Notes under the pieces: model-generated
What the model saw: only the letters and a program-made list of their open reading frames with translations
The model's database searches: none
Told to the model about the DNA's origin: nothing
Shown: positions 54,484 to 64,000 of the stretch, piece by piece
How positions within the stretch are numbered: the first letter of the stretch is position 1
How the letters are laid out: each line of letters begins with the position of its first letter
Assembly: GCA_037147395.1 (NCBI GenBank)
Contig: JBAWVG010000002.1
Span: forward strand, 1,962-65,961
Length of the DNA: 64,000 bases
Origin: Nitrosomonadaceae bacterium
GTDB taxonomy: Bacteria; Pseudomonadota; Gammaproteobacteria; Burkholderiales; Nitrosomonadaceae
Direction of reading: 5' to 3'
Program-made: the position numbers and the translations under genes

Positions 54484-57400
54484 TCAGCATACCCATCTTC
54501 TCGCATTTCTAAACATCCTCATCCATGGACCATCTTCATGCCGCTCTGTCTCACCCCCATCCTTGATGCTCAACCCCGTGGCGGGATACCACGAATGCTG
54601 AGCAACACGAAACACCCGTTCCGGATGTGGCATGAGTATGCTGAAGCGCCCATCCGGCGTAGTCATTCCGGCAATACCCTGGGGAGAACCATTGGGATTG
54701 AGTGGATAAATCTCAGTGGGCTTACCGTAATTGTCGACAAAACGTAGTGCGATCAGAGATGATGCAGCCAATAGCGCTTTCTCATCGACAAATTCCGTAT
54801 GACCCTCTCCGTGAGCAACAGCGATAGGCATACGACTACCAACCATTCCATCAAAAAACATTGAAGGACTTTGCTGAACCTCAACCATAACGAAACGGGC
54901 TTCAAACTGCTCTGACTTGTTACGCACAAAGTGGGGCCAATACTCTGCACCGGGAATTATTTCATGCAGATTACTCATCATCTGGCAGCCGTTACAGACT
55001 CCCAGGGCGAAGGTATCGGTTCGCTGGAAAAACATTTTGAATTCATCACGCGCGCGATGATTGAATAGAATTGACTTGGCCCAGCCTTCTCCTGCCCCCA
55101 GCACATCTCCGTAGGAGAATCCACCACATGCAGCCAAGCCCTGGTAATGCTGTAACGAAACACGTCCATTGATAATGTCACTCATGTGCACATCAGTCGC
55201 AGCAAATCCAGCCCGGTCAAAGGCCGCAGCCATCTCGACCTGACCATTCACACCCTGCTCTCTCAAAATAGCAATTCTTGGCCTCGCTCCACTCTGAATA
55301 TAAGGGGCAGCGATATCATCGTTCACATCAAAACTCAACCGCACACTCAAACCAGGATCAGTGATATCGAGTATGCGATCATATTCCTGCTGTGCACACT
55401 CAGGATTATCCCGCAGCTTCTGCATTTGATGAGTGGTCTCAGACCAAGTGCGATGTAAATCTACGCGCTGCTCGGAAAATACCGGCTTATTGTTTCTCAA
55501 GAAACGTACTTGATCCTTATCGTTGAGACTTCCGATGACGAAACTCATATCGCGCAAACCAGCCTCTGCCAGAACTTCCAGAACGGCATAGTGATGCTCT
55601 GTTCTGATCTGGATCACCCCCCCGAGCTCCTCATTAAAAAGCACCGAAAGGGTTCGTCCATGAGCCCTTCCGTCCATTATTTCGGGTCTCAGCTCATAAC
55701 CATCCACATCGTTAGCAGGCCCGTCGAAACACAGTTGATCGAGATTGACCGTGATACCGGAATGACTGGCAAAGGCCATCTCGCACAACGTCACAAATAG
55801 GCCCCCATCAGAACGGTCATGATAAGCAAGTACTCTGCTCTCTCGATTCAAGCGTTGCAGCGCCGCGAATAACCCCTTGAGCTTCTGTGCATCATCCAGA
55901 TCTGGAGTTATATCACCGACCTGCTTATAGACTTGTGCTAGCGCCGATCCGCCTAGACGGTTTCTACCCGCGCCCAAATCAATCAAGATCAGTTCCGTCT
56001 CTCCACAGTCGGTACGTAATTGCGGTGTAAGTGTCTTACGCACATCCATCACTCGCGCAAAAGCAGAGATGATCAATGACAGGGGTGCAGTCACCTCCTT
56101 CTGGACGATCGTACTCTGATCATTCCCCTTCTCAGTCCATACCGTCTTCATCGACATGGAATCCTTACCTACCGGGATACTGATCCCCAGTTGTGGACAT
56201 AACTCCATCCCTACGGCATGGACCGCATCGTACAGGCCCGCATCCTCACCTGGATGCCCCGCCGCCGCCATCCAGTTAGCAGAAAGCTTAATCTCTCCGA
56301 TATCTTCAATCAGTGCAGCGGCGATATTGGTGATGGCCTCACCCACAGCCATACGCGCAGAGGCAGCAGGATCAATCAACGCCAGCGGCGTGCGTTCCCC
56401 CACGGCAAATGATTCACCGAGATACGTTTGATAACCCATCATGGTTACAGCCACATCTGCCACTGGAACTTGCCACGGCCCAACCATCTGGTCGCGAGCG
56501 GTCATACCACCGACCGTGCGATCGCCGATGCTAATGAGAAAAGTCTTGTCCGCCACTGACGGCAGGCGCAGCACTCGGTATGCTGCCTCCTTCAGTTCCG
56601 ATCCTGCTGGGTCGAATGACGACAACAATCTACTGAGGCGGATAACCTCACGCGTCATTTTTGGAGGCTTGCCGAGTAGCACCTCAAGCTCCATATCAAC
56701 TGGCAACGGGCGATCACCGAATAACGGGTCAATCACGGAGAGTTGTTGTTGCGTAGTCGCCGTACCTACTACCGCAAACGGACAGCGTTCACGCTCACAA
56801 ATCTCGCCGAATAATTTCAACGACTCCGGACCAATGGCCAGCACATAGCGCTCTTGAGATTCGTTACTCCAAATTTGCAGTGGCGACATGCCTGACTCTT
56901 CAGAGGGGATATCGCGTAAATTAAATCTCCCGCCGCGACTTGAACCGTGCACCAGTTCAGGCAGTGCATTAGATAGGCCACCCGCTCCGACATCGTGTAT
57001 CGAAAGAATTGGGTTAGGCTGACCCTGCATCTCCATCTGCCAGCAACGGTCGATTACCTCCTGCGCACGCCTCTCCATCTCAGCATTGCCGCGTTGGACT
57101 GAGTCGAAATCAAGATGTTCTACATTTGATCCGGTGTCCATGCTGGAAGCGGCTCCACCACCAAGACCAATCAGCATTCCTGGCCCACCTAATTGAATCA
57201 GCAGTGAACCAGAGGGGATTTCCTGCTTAAACGAGTGACTCTCGCAAATATGACCTATACCCCCTGCCAGCATAATCGGCTTGTGATAGCCACGCATCTC
57301 ACCCGCAACCTGCTCCTCGAATGTACGGAAGTACCCCGCCAGAATGGGTCGTCCAAACTCGTTGTTGAATGCTGCCCCACCAATTGGGCCCTCCAACATG

Positions 57401-58512
57401 ATCTGTAATGCCGAGGCGATACGGGCGGGTTTCCCATAAGTACGGCTGTCATTTTTATGGTATTGCTCCCACGGCTGTATAAAACCAGGGATGCTTAAAT
57501 TGGAAACTGAAAATCCTGTGAGTCCTGCCTTGGGCCTAGCACCACGACCGGTAGCCCCCTCATCGCGAATTTCACCACCCGCACCGGTGGCGGCCCCAGA
57601 GTGAGGTGAGATTGCAGTCGGATGATTGTGGGTCTCCACCTTCATCAGGATATGCGTCTGCTCCTGGACATAGCTGTAAGCATGGTCCTTGCCGGGGTAG
57701 AGTCGCGCAATATTCTCCCCCACCATGATGGAAGAATTATCCTCATAAGCCACCACCGTCCCCTTAGGATGCTGCTGATGGGTATTACGGATCATCGAAA
57801 ATAGCGAATGCGTCTGTGCCTTTCCGTCTATCACCCAATCTGCGTTGAAAATCTTATGGCGGCAATGCTCCGAGTTTGCCTGCGCAAACATCATCAACTC
57901 AACATCCGTGGGATTGCGTCCAATGCGCATAAAGCTGGCTATAAGATACTCGACCTCATCAGTCGACAGGGCCAGCCCCATCTCAGTATCGGCGAGTTTC
58001 AATGCCATCAATCCGCCGGTCAGGACATCTACCGTGTCGAGCGGCACAGGCGCATAATGTCTGAACAATTTATCTGCATCTTCAAATGAATTGAAGACCG
58101 CCTCGGTCATACGATCATGTATCAGAGAGAGGAGTGCAGATCGATCTAGAGCAGAGAGCCCACTTGTAGTTTGAATGTAGAATGCCAGTCCTCGTTCCAA
58201 ACGCAAGACTGCTTCTAACCCACAATGACGAGCAATATCCGTGGCCTTGGATGACCAAGGTGAGATAGTGCCGGGACGTGGCAACACCAGCATGAACTCA
58301 CCTATCGGCTCTTCCCTCTGCTGTGCCGCACCGTATTTCAATAACTGTGCGAGTGTCGCACTCTCCTCCGGCCTCAGTTCACGCTCCACCGTGCAAAAAT
58401 GCCAGTACTCCGCATAAATGTGGGAAACTTGTGGGACAGCGGTCTTGAGTGCTGCAGTTAGTTTTTCAAGACGGAATGGAGAAAGGGCGCTACCGCCGCG
58501 GAGTCGAAGCAT
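54484..58512 (-). CDS. purL: Phosphoribosylformylglycinamidine synthase (single-chain large PurL)
   Basis: 1342 aa versus 1295 in E. coli. N-terminal PurS-like region, two AIR-synthase-like repeats and a C-terminal glutamine amidotransferase (GVCNGCQM). Confidence 0.97.
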   Translation of the reverse strand: MLRLRGGSALSPFRLEKLTAALKTAVPQVSHIYAEYWHFCTVERELRPEESATLAQLLKYGAAQQREEPIGEFMLVLPRPGTISPWSSKATDIARHCGLEAVLRLERGLAFYIQTTSGLSALDRSALLSLIHDRMTEAVFNSFEDADKLFRHYAPVPLDTVDVLTGGLMALKLADTEMGLALSTDEVEYLIASFMRIGRNPTDVELMMFAQANSEHCRHKIFNADWVIDGKAQTHSLFSMIRNTHQQHPKGTVVAYEDNSSIMVGENIARLYPGKDHAYSYVQEQTHILMKVETHNHPTAISPHSGAATGAGGEIRDEGATGRGARPKAGLTGFSVSNLSIPGFIQPWEQYHKNDSRTYGKPARIASALQIMLEGPIGGAAFNNEFGRPILAGYFRTFEEQVAGEMRGYHKPIMLAGGIGHICESHSFKQEIPSGSLLIQLGGPGMLIGLGGGAASSMDTGSNVEHLDFDSVQRGNAEMERRAQEVIDRCWQMEMQGQPNPILSIHDVGAGGLSNALPELVHGSSRGGRFNLRDIPSEESGMSPLQIWSNESQERYVLAIGPESLKLFGEICERERCPFAVVGTATTQQQLSVIDPLFGDRPLPVDMELEVLLGKPPKMTREVIRLSRLLSSFDPAGSELKEAAYRVLRLPSVADKTFLISIGDRTVGGMTARDQMVGPWQVPVADVAVTMMGYQTYLGESFAVGERTPLALIDPAASARMAVGEAITNIAAALIEDIGEIKLSANWMAAAGHPGEDAGLYDAVHAVGMELCPQLGISIPVGKDSMSMKTVWTEKGNDQSTIVQKEVTAPLSLIISAFARVMDVRKTLTPQLRTDCGETELILIDLGAGRNRLGGSALAQVYKQVGDITPDLDDAQKLKGLFAALQRLNRESRVLAYHDRSDGGLFVTLCEMAFASHSGITVNLDQLCFDGPANDVDGYELRPEIMDGRAHGRTLSVLFNEELGGVIQIRTEHHYAVLEVLAEAGLRDMSFVIGSLNDKDQVRFLRNNKPVFSEQRVDLHRTWSETTHQMQKLRDNPECAQQEYDRILDITDPGLSVRLSFDVNDDIAAPYIQSGARPRIAILREQGVNGQVEMAAAFDRAGFAATDVHMSDIINGRVSLQHYQGLAACGGFSYGDVLGAGEGWAKSILFNHRARDEFKMFFQRTDTFALGVCNGCQMMSNLHEIIPGAEYWPHFVRNKSEQFEARFVMVEVQQSPSMFFDGMVGSRMPIAVAHGEGHTEFVDEKALLAASSLIALRFVDNYGKPTEIYPLNPNGSPQGIAGMTTPDGRFSILMPHPERVFRVAQHSWYPATGLSIKDGGETERHEDGPWMRMFRNARRWVC

Positions 58513-58628
58513 CAGGCGAGATGAGGTGATGAATTGGAAAGCGTAATTTTACACGAGAAGACAATCCGCCCGTAGCCCGATACACTGTTAGTTGACGGTC
58601 CCGATCGAACAACTCATGAATATAAAGC

Positions 58629-60119
58629 ATGACCACCCCCACCCCTATCTACACCACCGCTGAAATTCGCTCCATTGAGCGGCTTACTGCTCCGCTTACA
58701 ACCCCGACCTTAATGGAAAGAGCCGGTTTGGCCGCCGCCGAGATTGCGCGCGACCAATTGCTTACCAAAGAAATCAACGCGGTACTGGTGCTAGCTGGTC
58801 CAGGTAACAATGGTGGCGATGCCTTCGTTGTTGCTCGTTATCTAAAATCCTGGTGGTTCAATGTCACACTGGTATTCAGTGGCAATCACGAGCACCTGCC
58901 CAATGATGCCAAGCATGCGCTGGATAAGTGGCTTTCTGCCGGTGGTGAAATCTTAACCGAGATTCCAGAGAATAAAATATGGGGAGCAGTGATCGATGGA
59001 CTTTTTGGTATCGGTCTAGATCGCAATCTAGTCGGCAAGGATCTCGCGCTCGTTAATGCGATCAACCTCATGCACTTGCCAGTACTTGCACTCGATATCC
59101 CAAGCGGCTTAGGAAGTGACAATGGGGATTGCTATGGTGCAACGGTTCGAGCCACCATGACGGTCACCTTCATCAGCCTCAAGCCGGGCCTGTTCACTCG
59201 GTGTGGCCCCGATTATTGCGGTAAAATTTTTCTGTGTAAACTTGGTCTTGACCCATCTTCCCTGGTTCCCCCACACACGTGGAAACTGGATCAAGCTTAT
59301 GCACAGAAACTATTGCCTCCACCGCGTCCTTCTGACAGCCACAAGGGCATGTTCGGTAGCATCGGCATCATCGGTGGCTCAGCCGGAATGGTGGGCGCGG
59401 CGCTGTTAGCTGGAACCGCCGCACTGAAATTAGGCACAGGGCGCGTTTACCTCGGACTGATGGCCGCTGATGCGCCAGTCGTAAGTACAGTTCAGCCTGA
59501 ATTGATGCTTCGACCTGTGCACGAGCTACTCAAAATTGATCACCTCAATTGCTTGATCGTCGGACCCGGTCTGGGTATACAGCCAGATGCTTATTTCTGG
59601 CTCAAGAGCGCGCTCGAGTCTGGAATACCACTGGTGCTGGATGCAGATGCACTAAATTTGATCGCCACCCATCCAGAACTTGCCAGCCTGCTACGAGCAC
59701 GTACAGCAGCCTCTATCCTTACCCCTCATGTCGCGGAAGCTGCTCGGCTACTCGGCACCGACTCGTCGAATCTGCAGCATGACCGTATGGCCGCCGCGGC
59801 CGAATTGACGAAGCGTTTTAATTGCTACGCAGTGCTAAAAGGTGTCGGCAGTATTTGTGCTTTCCCCGATGGTAGGCGTTACCTCAATACCAGCGGCAAT
59901 CCTGGTCTGAGCAGCGCAGGAACAGGCGACGTGCTGTCCGGCATCATTGGCGCTTTGCTAGCGCAGGGTCTAAATGCGGAGAATGCACTCTTGTTGGCGG
60001 TTCATCTGCACGGCGCTGCTGCCGATTCTCTGCTAGAAAGGTATGGAGGCCCGGTGGGGATGACTGCGTCAGAAGTCACCGATGCAGCCCGCAGCCTGTT
60101 AAATCGATGGCTATACTAG
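58629..60119 (+). CDS. nnr: Bifunctional NAD(P)H-hydrate epimerase / ADP-dependent dehydratase
   Basis: N-terminal YjeF-N domain (LAGPGNNGGDAFVVAR) fused to a C-terminal carbohydrate-kinase-like domain (GNPGLSSAGTGDVLSG). Confidence 0.92.
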   Translation: MTTPTPIYTTAEIRSIERLTAPLTTPTLMERAGLAAAEIARDQLLTKEINAVLVLAGPGNNGGDAFVVARYLKSWWFNVTLVFSGNHEHLPNDAKHALDKWLSAGGEILTEIPENKIWGAVIDGLFGIGLDRNLVGKDLALVNAINLMHLPVLALDIPSGLGSDNGDCYGATVRATMTVTFISLKPGLFTRCGPDYCGKIFLCKLGLDPSSLVPPHTWKLDQAYAQKLLPPPRPSDSHKGMFGSIGIIGGSAGMVGAALLAGTAALKLGTGRVYLGLMAADAPVVSTVQPELMLRPVHELLKIDHLNCLIVGPGLGIQPDAYFWLKSALESGIPLVLDADALNLIATHPELASLLRARTAASILTPHVAEAARLLGTDSSNLQHDRMAAAAELTKRFNCYAVLKGVGSICAFPDGRRYLNTSGNPGLSSAGTGDVLSGIIGALLAQGLNAENALLLAVHLHGAAADSLLERYGGPVGMTASEVTDAARSLLNRWLY

Positions 60120-60213
60120 AAAAACCCTGAAATGAACGTACCGGAAGGTCTGTTCAAGGCTTCCTTGGTTGTAATCGCCAATTCTTATAATGTAACTGAA
60201 AGGAACTCTCAGC

Positions 60214-60990
60214 ATGTGTTATCGGTGTGATCAAAGAAATTTAGACCAACAGAATCTCAATCAGAACCCAAGCAAGCGTTCGTTTCTCAAACTGGCTGCG
60301 GTCTCCGCCATCGGCTTAGGTCTTGCGGGTGCTGGCATCGCAACAGCTCAGGGAAAACAATCGGCCAAGACTTATTCCAAAATTCCACCAAAACCTGAAA
60401 ATGTGCTAACACCTGACCAGGCTCTTGAAAGGTTAATGAAGGGTAACGAGCGTTATGTTGCCGGCCAATCGTTGCCCCTTAACTTTCATGATGTCCAGGA
60501 TGCTCTGGTCAAGGGGCAGAATCCCTACGCCACCATTCTAGGTTGTTCTGATTCGAGGGTCAGCCCTGAGCACTGCTTCGATGAGTCGCACGGGGATCTG
60601 TTTGTGTCCCGAGGTGCTGGTAACTACATAACAAATGACAATATAGCCACAATCGAGTATTCAGTCGCAGTATTAAATACACCACTGATCATGGTACTTG
60701 GTCATGAAAGTTGTGGTGCGGTCAAGGCAGCGATTGAGGCTGTTGATCATCATAAAGACTTCCCAGGACATATTCAGCTACTGTCCAGTGCAATAGCACC
60801 AGCGGTCAGGGCGGTCAGTGACAACTCCATTAGTCGCTTGACTAATGTGACCAAGAAGAATGTCATCATGACGGTTGAAAGACTGAGAAATAAAACACCC
60901 ATACTGGATTATTATCACGACCAGAAGAGAATTCGAGTCGTCGGTGGGCTATATCACCTGGATACCGGCAGGGTCGAACTGATCGCTTGA
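60214..60990 (+). CDS. Beta-class carbonic anhydrase with Tat-like signal peptide
   Basis: Beta-CA zinc-ligand motifs CSDSRV and HESCGAV. The N-terminus SKRSFLKLAAVSAIGLGLAGAGIATAQG resembles a twin-arginine signal, with KR in place of RR. Confidence 0.88.
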   Translation: MCYRCDQRNLDQQNLNQNPSKRSFLKLAAVSAIGLGLAGAGIATAQGKQSAKTYSKIPPKPENVLTPDQALERLMKGNERYVAGQSLPLNFHDVQDALVKGQNPYATILGCSDSRVSPEHCFDESHGDLFVSRGAGNYITNDNIATIEYSVAVLNTPLIMVLGHESCGAVKAAIEAVDHHKDFPGHIQLLSSAIAPAVRAVSDNSISRLTNVTKKNVIMTVERLRNKTPILDYYHDQKRIRVVGGLYHLDTGRVELIA

Positions 60991-61022
60991 GGGGTGACTC
61001 TTATTAAGAGAATAAAAGAGCG

Positions 61023-62708
61023 CTACTCTTTACTCTGCATCTGTAACATCTCAGCAGCATGTTGAAGCGTGGCGTCGGTAATCTTCATACCCCCTATCAT
61101 ACGAGCAATTTCTTCAACTCTCTGCCGCTGATCGAGCACAGTGATATGGCTGGTTACTCTTCCGCCATCGGAATGATCAGCCGATTTTGCAACTTGCCAT
61201 TGCTGATCGGCTGCCGAAGCGACCTGCGCCAAGTGGGTGACACACATTACCTGGCGCTCTTCCCCAAGTTTTTTCAGCATGGTGCCCACTATTTCGGCCA
61301 CGCGCCCACCGATGCCTGAATCAACCTCATCGAATATCAGCGTTGGCGCTGTTCCAATCTTGCTAGTAATGACCTGTATCGCCAGACTGATCCGTGATAA
61401 CTCACCACCCGAAGCAACCTTTGCCAGAGGCCTCAGCGGCAATCCCTGATGAGCGGAGACCTGAAATTCGATCTGCTCCATTCCATGAGCGTTACCCTGC
61501 TCTAAGGGGATTAACCCCACCGAGAATCCCCCTCCTGCCATCGCAAGGGTCTGCATCGCGTCACTCACCTGCTGGGATAGTATCTTGGCTGCTTTATTTC
61601 TGGTCTCAGTTAAAGATCTAGCATGCTCGAGATATGCTTCCATGGCGACCACCTCCTCTCGTGCGAGTGCCTCGCCATCTCCCCCCTGCGTTAACTCCTC
61701 CAGTCGAGTAGTGGATGTTACCAACAGATCTGGTAGTTCGTCAGGGCTCACACGATACTTCCTAGCCGCAGCGTGAATCGCTGTTAGGCGTTGCTCCATC
61801 TCCTGCAGTCGTTGCGGATCTAAATCGAGACGCTGTTGATAATGACCGAGCTCGTATACTGCTTCCTGCAACTGAATTTGTGCAGACTCTAGTAAATCGA
61901 GCACAGATCTCAAACCGATGTCGTAGCTGAGTAATCCTTGGAGGCGAGAGATGACCGCATTGACCTGTGCCAGCGAGGCTAGTTCGCCGTCCGACAGAAC
62001 TTCTAGGCCCACCTGCGTTGCCTCTAACAAACTAGCGGCATGCGATAAACGACTATGATCGGCCTGAAGTGTCTGCCACTCTCCAGACGAAAAATTCAGC
62101 GAAGTAAGTTCGCGAACTTGCCACTCCAATTGCTCGCGCTCCTGTAGAAAAGTGGCTGAGTCCTTTTCCCATGAGATACGCTGCTGATGTGAGTTCTGCC
62201 AACGTCGGTAGGTCGAGGTCACTGTCTGGGTCAACTCACGGCTACCGGAGAAAGCATCAAGCAGATCACGCTGCGAATCACTACGAAGAAGAGATTGGTG
62301 TGCATGCTGACCATGGATATCGATCAACCTCTCTCCCGCCGCACGCAGTTGATGCAAGGTAGCAGGTCTTCCATTGATAAAGCTGCGCGAACGCCCACTG
62401 CTATCTATCACACGGCGCAACAGACATGTTCCGCTATCATCACCATGATTCTCTAGATCATTTTCTTGCAGCCACTGAGTGAGCCCCGATAATCCAGCGA
62501 TATCGAACTCCGCGCTAATCTCAGCTCGTTCACATCCGTTTCGGATCTGACCCGACTCGATTCGTTCGCCTAAAGCAAGTGACAGCGCATCGATCAGAAT
62601 AGACTTTCCGGCACCAGTTTCGCCGGTAAGAACGGTGAAACCCGGTGAAAATTCTAACCCCACCCGATCAACGATGACGAAATCCTGAATACTCAAGAAC
62701 CTTAGCAT
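61023..62708 (-). CDS. recN: DNA repair protein RecN
   Basis: MLRFLSIQDFVIVDRV...TGETGAGKSILIDAL (Walker A), long coiled-coil middle, and C-terminal ASGGELSRISLA signature plus FDEVDSGIGG. ATG at 62708; the ORF-track start at 62753 would overlap nadK. Confidence 0.95.
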   Translation of the reverse strand: MLRFLSIQDFVIVDRVGLEFSPGFTVLTGETGAGKSILIDALSLALGERIESGQIRNGCERAEISAEFDIAGLSGLTQWLQENDLENHGDDSGTCLLRRVIDSSGRSRSFINGRPATLHQLRAAGERLIDIHGQHAHQSLLRSDSQRDLLDAFSGSRELTQTVTSTYRRWQNSHQQRISWEKDSATFLQEREQLEWQVRELTSLNFSSGEWQTLQADHSRLSHAASLLEATQVGLEVLSDGELASLAQVNAVISRLQGLLSYDIGLRSVLDLLESAQIQLQEAVYELGHYQQRLDLDPQRLQEMEQRLTAIHAAARKYRVSPDELPDLLVTSTTRLEELTQGGDGEALAREEVVAMEAYLEHARSLTETRNKAAKILSQQVSDAMQTLAMAGGGFSVGLIPLEQGNAHGMEQIEFQVSAHQGLPLRPLAKVASGGELSRISLAIQVITSKIGTAPTLIFDEVDSGIGGRVAEIVGTMLKKLGEERQVMCVTHLAQVASAADQQWQVAKSADHSDGGRVTSHITVLDQRQRVEEIARMIGGMKITDATLQHAAEMLQMQSKE

Positions 62709-62718
62709 GGCAGAGAGT

Positions 62719-63603
62719 TCACGCTTTTTTTTGTGGAAACCCGCTCCAGCCAAGCTTCTCGCGTAGCATGCGGTAATAACTATGATCGGCAGAATGTAAC
62801 AACCTTACCGTATGCGCTGAACGTCTCACGACAACCTTATCATTCTCCTGTAGGTCGAAATGGAAATGACTGTCCGAGTGAGCTCGAGCATCTGAGGTGC
62901 GGTGTATCAAAATTTCAACAACTGCTTCTGGCCCTACAACGATAGGACGATTGCTTAAAGTGTGAGGACTTACCGGTACCAACGCGAGCAGGTCGAGACT
63001 GGGGTGCAGGATAGGCCCTCCCGATGACAAGGCGTACGCGGTAGAGCCAGTGGGTGTGGCGACGATTAGCCCATCAGCACGAAGGGAGTAAACATACTCG
63101 CCATTAATATGCACCTCGAACTCGATCATGTTGCCACCGCTGCCCCTATTCACCGCCACATCATTTAATGCAATTGCGCTGAAAATACTGACTCCACTCC
63201 GTATAACTTCAGCAGACAGCAACATCCGTCTCTCGGTAACATAGCTGCCATCGAGCATGTTACCAACGCTTTCCAGCATGGACTCGATGGAGAGGTCAGT
63301 GAGAAAACCAAGATGCCCCTGATTGATACCTACCAGTGGCACGTCAAAGGGCGCGAGCTTACGTGCGATATTCAGCATGGTGCCATCACCACCCAGAACA
63401 ATAGCAAGGTCTGCACGCGCACCAATCTCCTCAATCTCAAATGCGGGATAATTCTTTGCCGTCACTTCTGAAGCGGTAACACAGTCCAGCAGCACTTCAA
63501 TATTCCGATCTTGCAAATACTGTCCGAGACGCAATATAGGAGACACGATCTCCGGATTATTTTGCTTGCCGATCAGGGCTATCGTCTTAAATAGAAGGGG
63601 CAT
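62719..63603 (-). CDS. nadK: NAD(+) kinase
   Basis: GGDGTML motif (VLGGDGTMLNIAR), NDVAV motif and TPTGSTAYALSSGGPI motif; 294 aa. Confidence 0.95.
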   Translation of the reverse strand: MPLLFKTIALIGKQNNPEIVSPILRLGQYLQDRNIEVLLDCVTASEVTAKNYPAFEIEEIGARADLAIVLGGDGTMLNIARKLAPFDVPLVGINQGHLGFLTDLSIESMLESVGNMLDGSYVTERRMLLSAEVIRSGVSIFSAIALNDVAVNRGSGGNMIEFEVHINGEYVYSLRADGLIVATPTGSTAYALSSGGPILHPSLDLLALVPVSPHTLSNRPIVVGPEAVVEILIHRTSDARAHSDSHFHFDLQENDKVVVRRSAHTVRLLHSADHSYYRMLREKLGWSGFPQKKA

Positions 63604-63749
63604 CTATGGATATGAATACTTAATGAGTTGCGGGAAAATCTGGTTCTTATTGGTTTAGATTAAACCATATCAGACTGTGGGGTGACAAAAAATTCTGAAT
63701 TATGATTCGCCGCCCCTGCCCTGCCTAAATCCTGGTGTAGAATAAGCTC

Positions 63750-64000
63750 ATGCTTAACCAACGCGCCCGAATTCTGCTGAAGACCCTTGTCGAACGCTAT
63801 ATCACTGAAGGTCAACCGATAGGCTCCCGCGCGCTCTCCAAATTTTCAGGACTGGACCTGAGCCCCGCTACTATCCGGAATGTAATAGCTGACCTAGAGG
63901 AGATGGGGTTTGTTACCAGCCCGCATACCTCTGCCGGACGTATACCAACTCCGCGCGGATACCGTTTCTTCGTGGATACTTTGTTGGTGGTTAAGCCACT
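63750..64000 (+). CDS. hrcA: Heat-inducible transcription repressor HrcA (5' partial, runs off the window)
   Basis: [76 protein letters not shown] is the canonical HrcA winged-helix N-terminus. It has no in-frame stop before the window end. Confidence 0.93.
   Translation, partial: MLNQRARILLKTLVERYITEGQPIGSRALSKFSGLDLSPATIRNVIADLEEMGFVTSPHTSAGRIPTPRGYRFFVDTLLVVKP

Noticed and set aside
56441-56848. 135-aa plus-strand ORF inside purL
   Set aside because: It is antisense to purL, and the Ser/Thr/Arg-rich translation is typical of antisense frames.

Overview
The window is almost entirely core, housekeeping chromosome of a proteobacterium. Gene content and order suggest a beta-proteobacterium, possibly Nitrosomonadales-like. 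That rests on tig-clpP-clpX-lon, groES-groEL with a CIRCE operator, hrcA divergent from nadK-recN, and an hpnD-like gene, and it is inference only. G+C looks to be about 50% by eye. I call 56 protein-coding genes, with hrcA partial at the right edge, plus two tRNAs (Gly-CCC, Leu-UAG). Regulatory calls are a perfect CIRCE/HrcA operator in front of groES, a sigma32-type promoter in front of lon, and a strong bidirectional intrinsic terminator after groEL. I see no CRISPR array, transposase, integrase, prophage or recognisable defence system. Most blocks are classic conserved syntenies: der-bamB-yfgM-hisS-ispG-rodZ-rlmN-ndk, gmk-rpoZ-spoT, rpe-gph-trpE and thiS-thiG-trmB. Three places are not ordinary. 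(1) A translationally coupled pair of secreted proteins lies between purL and ndk in a segment that looks G+C-richer than its neighbours: a ChaN/Tiki-like domain fused to PDZ, followed by an M1 gluzincin lacking the GXMEN exopeptidase motif. (2) A secreted HtrA/DegP-like domain fused to six in-phase TPR units carries Asn and Arg at the catalytic Asp and Ser positions, so it is predicted to be a pseudoprotease. (3) The CIRCE operator sits in a 152-bp divergent region shared by groES and bioA. None of these is demonstrably a new system from sequence alone. The ChaN-PDZ/M1 pair and the pseudoprotease are the best candidates for follow-up.
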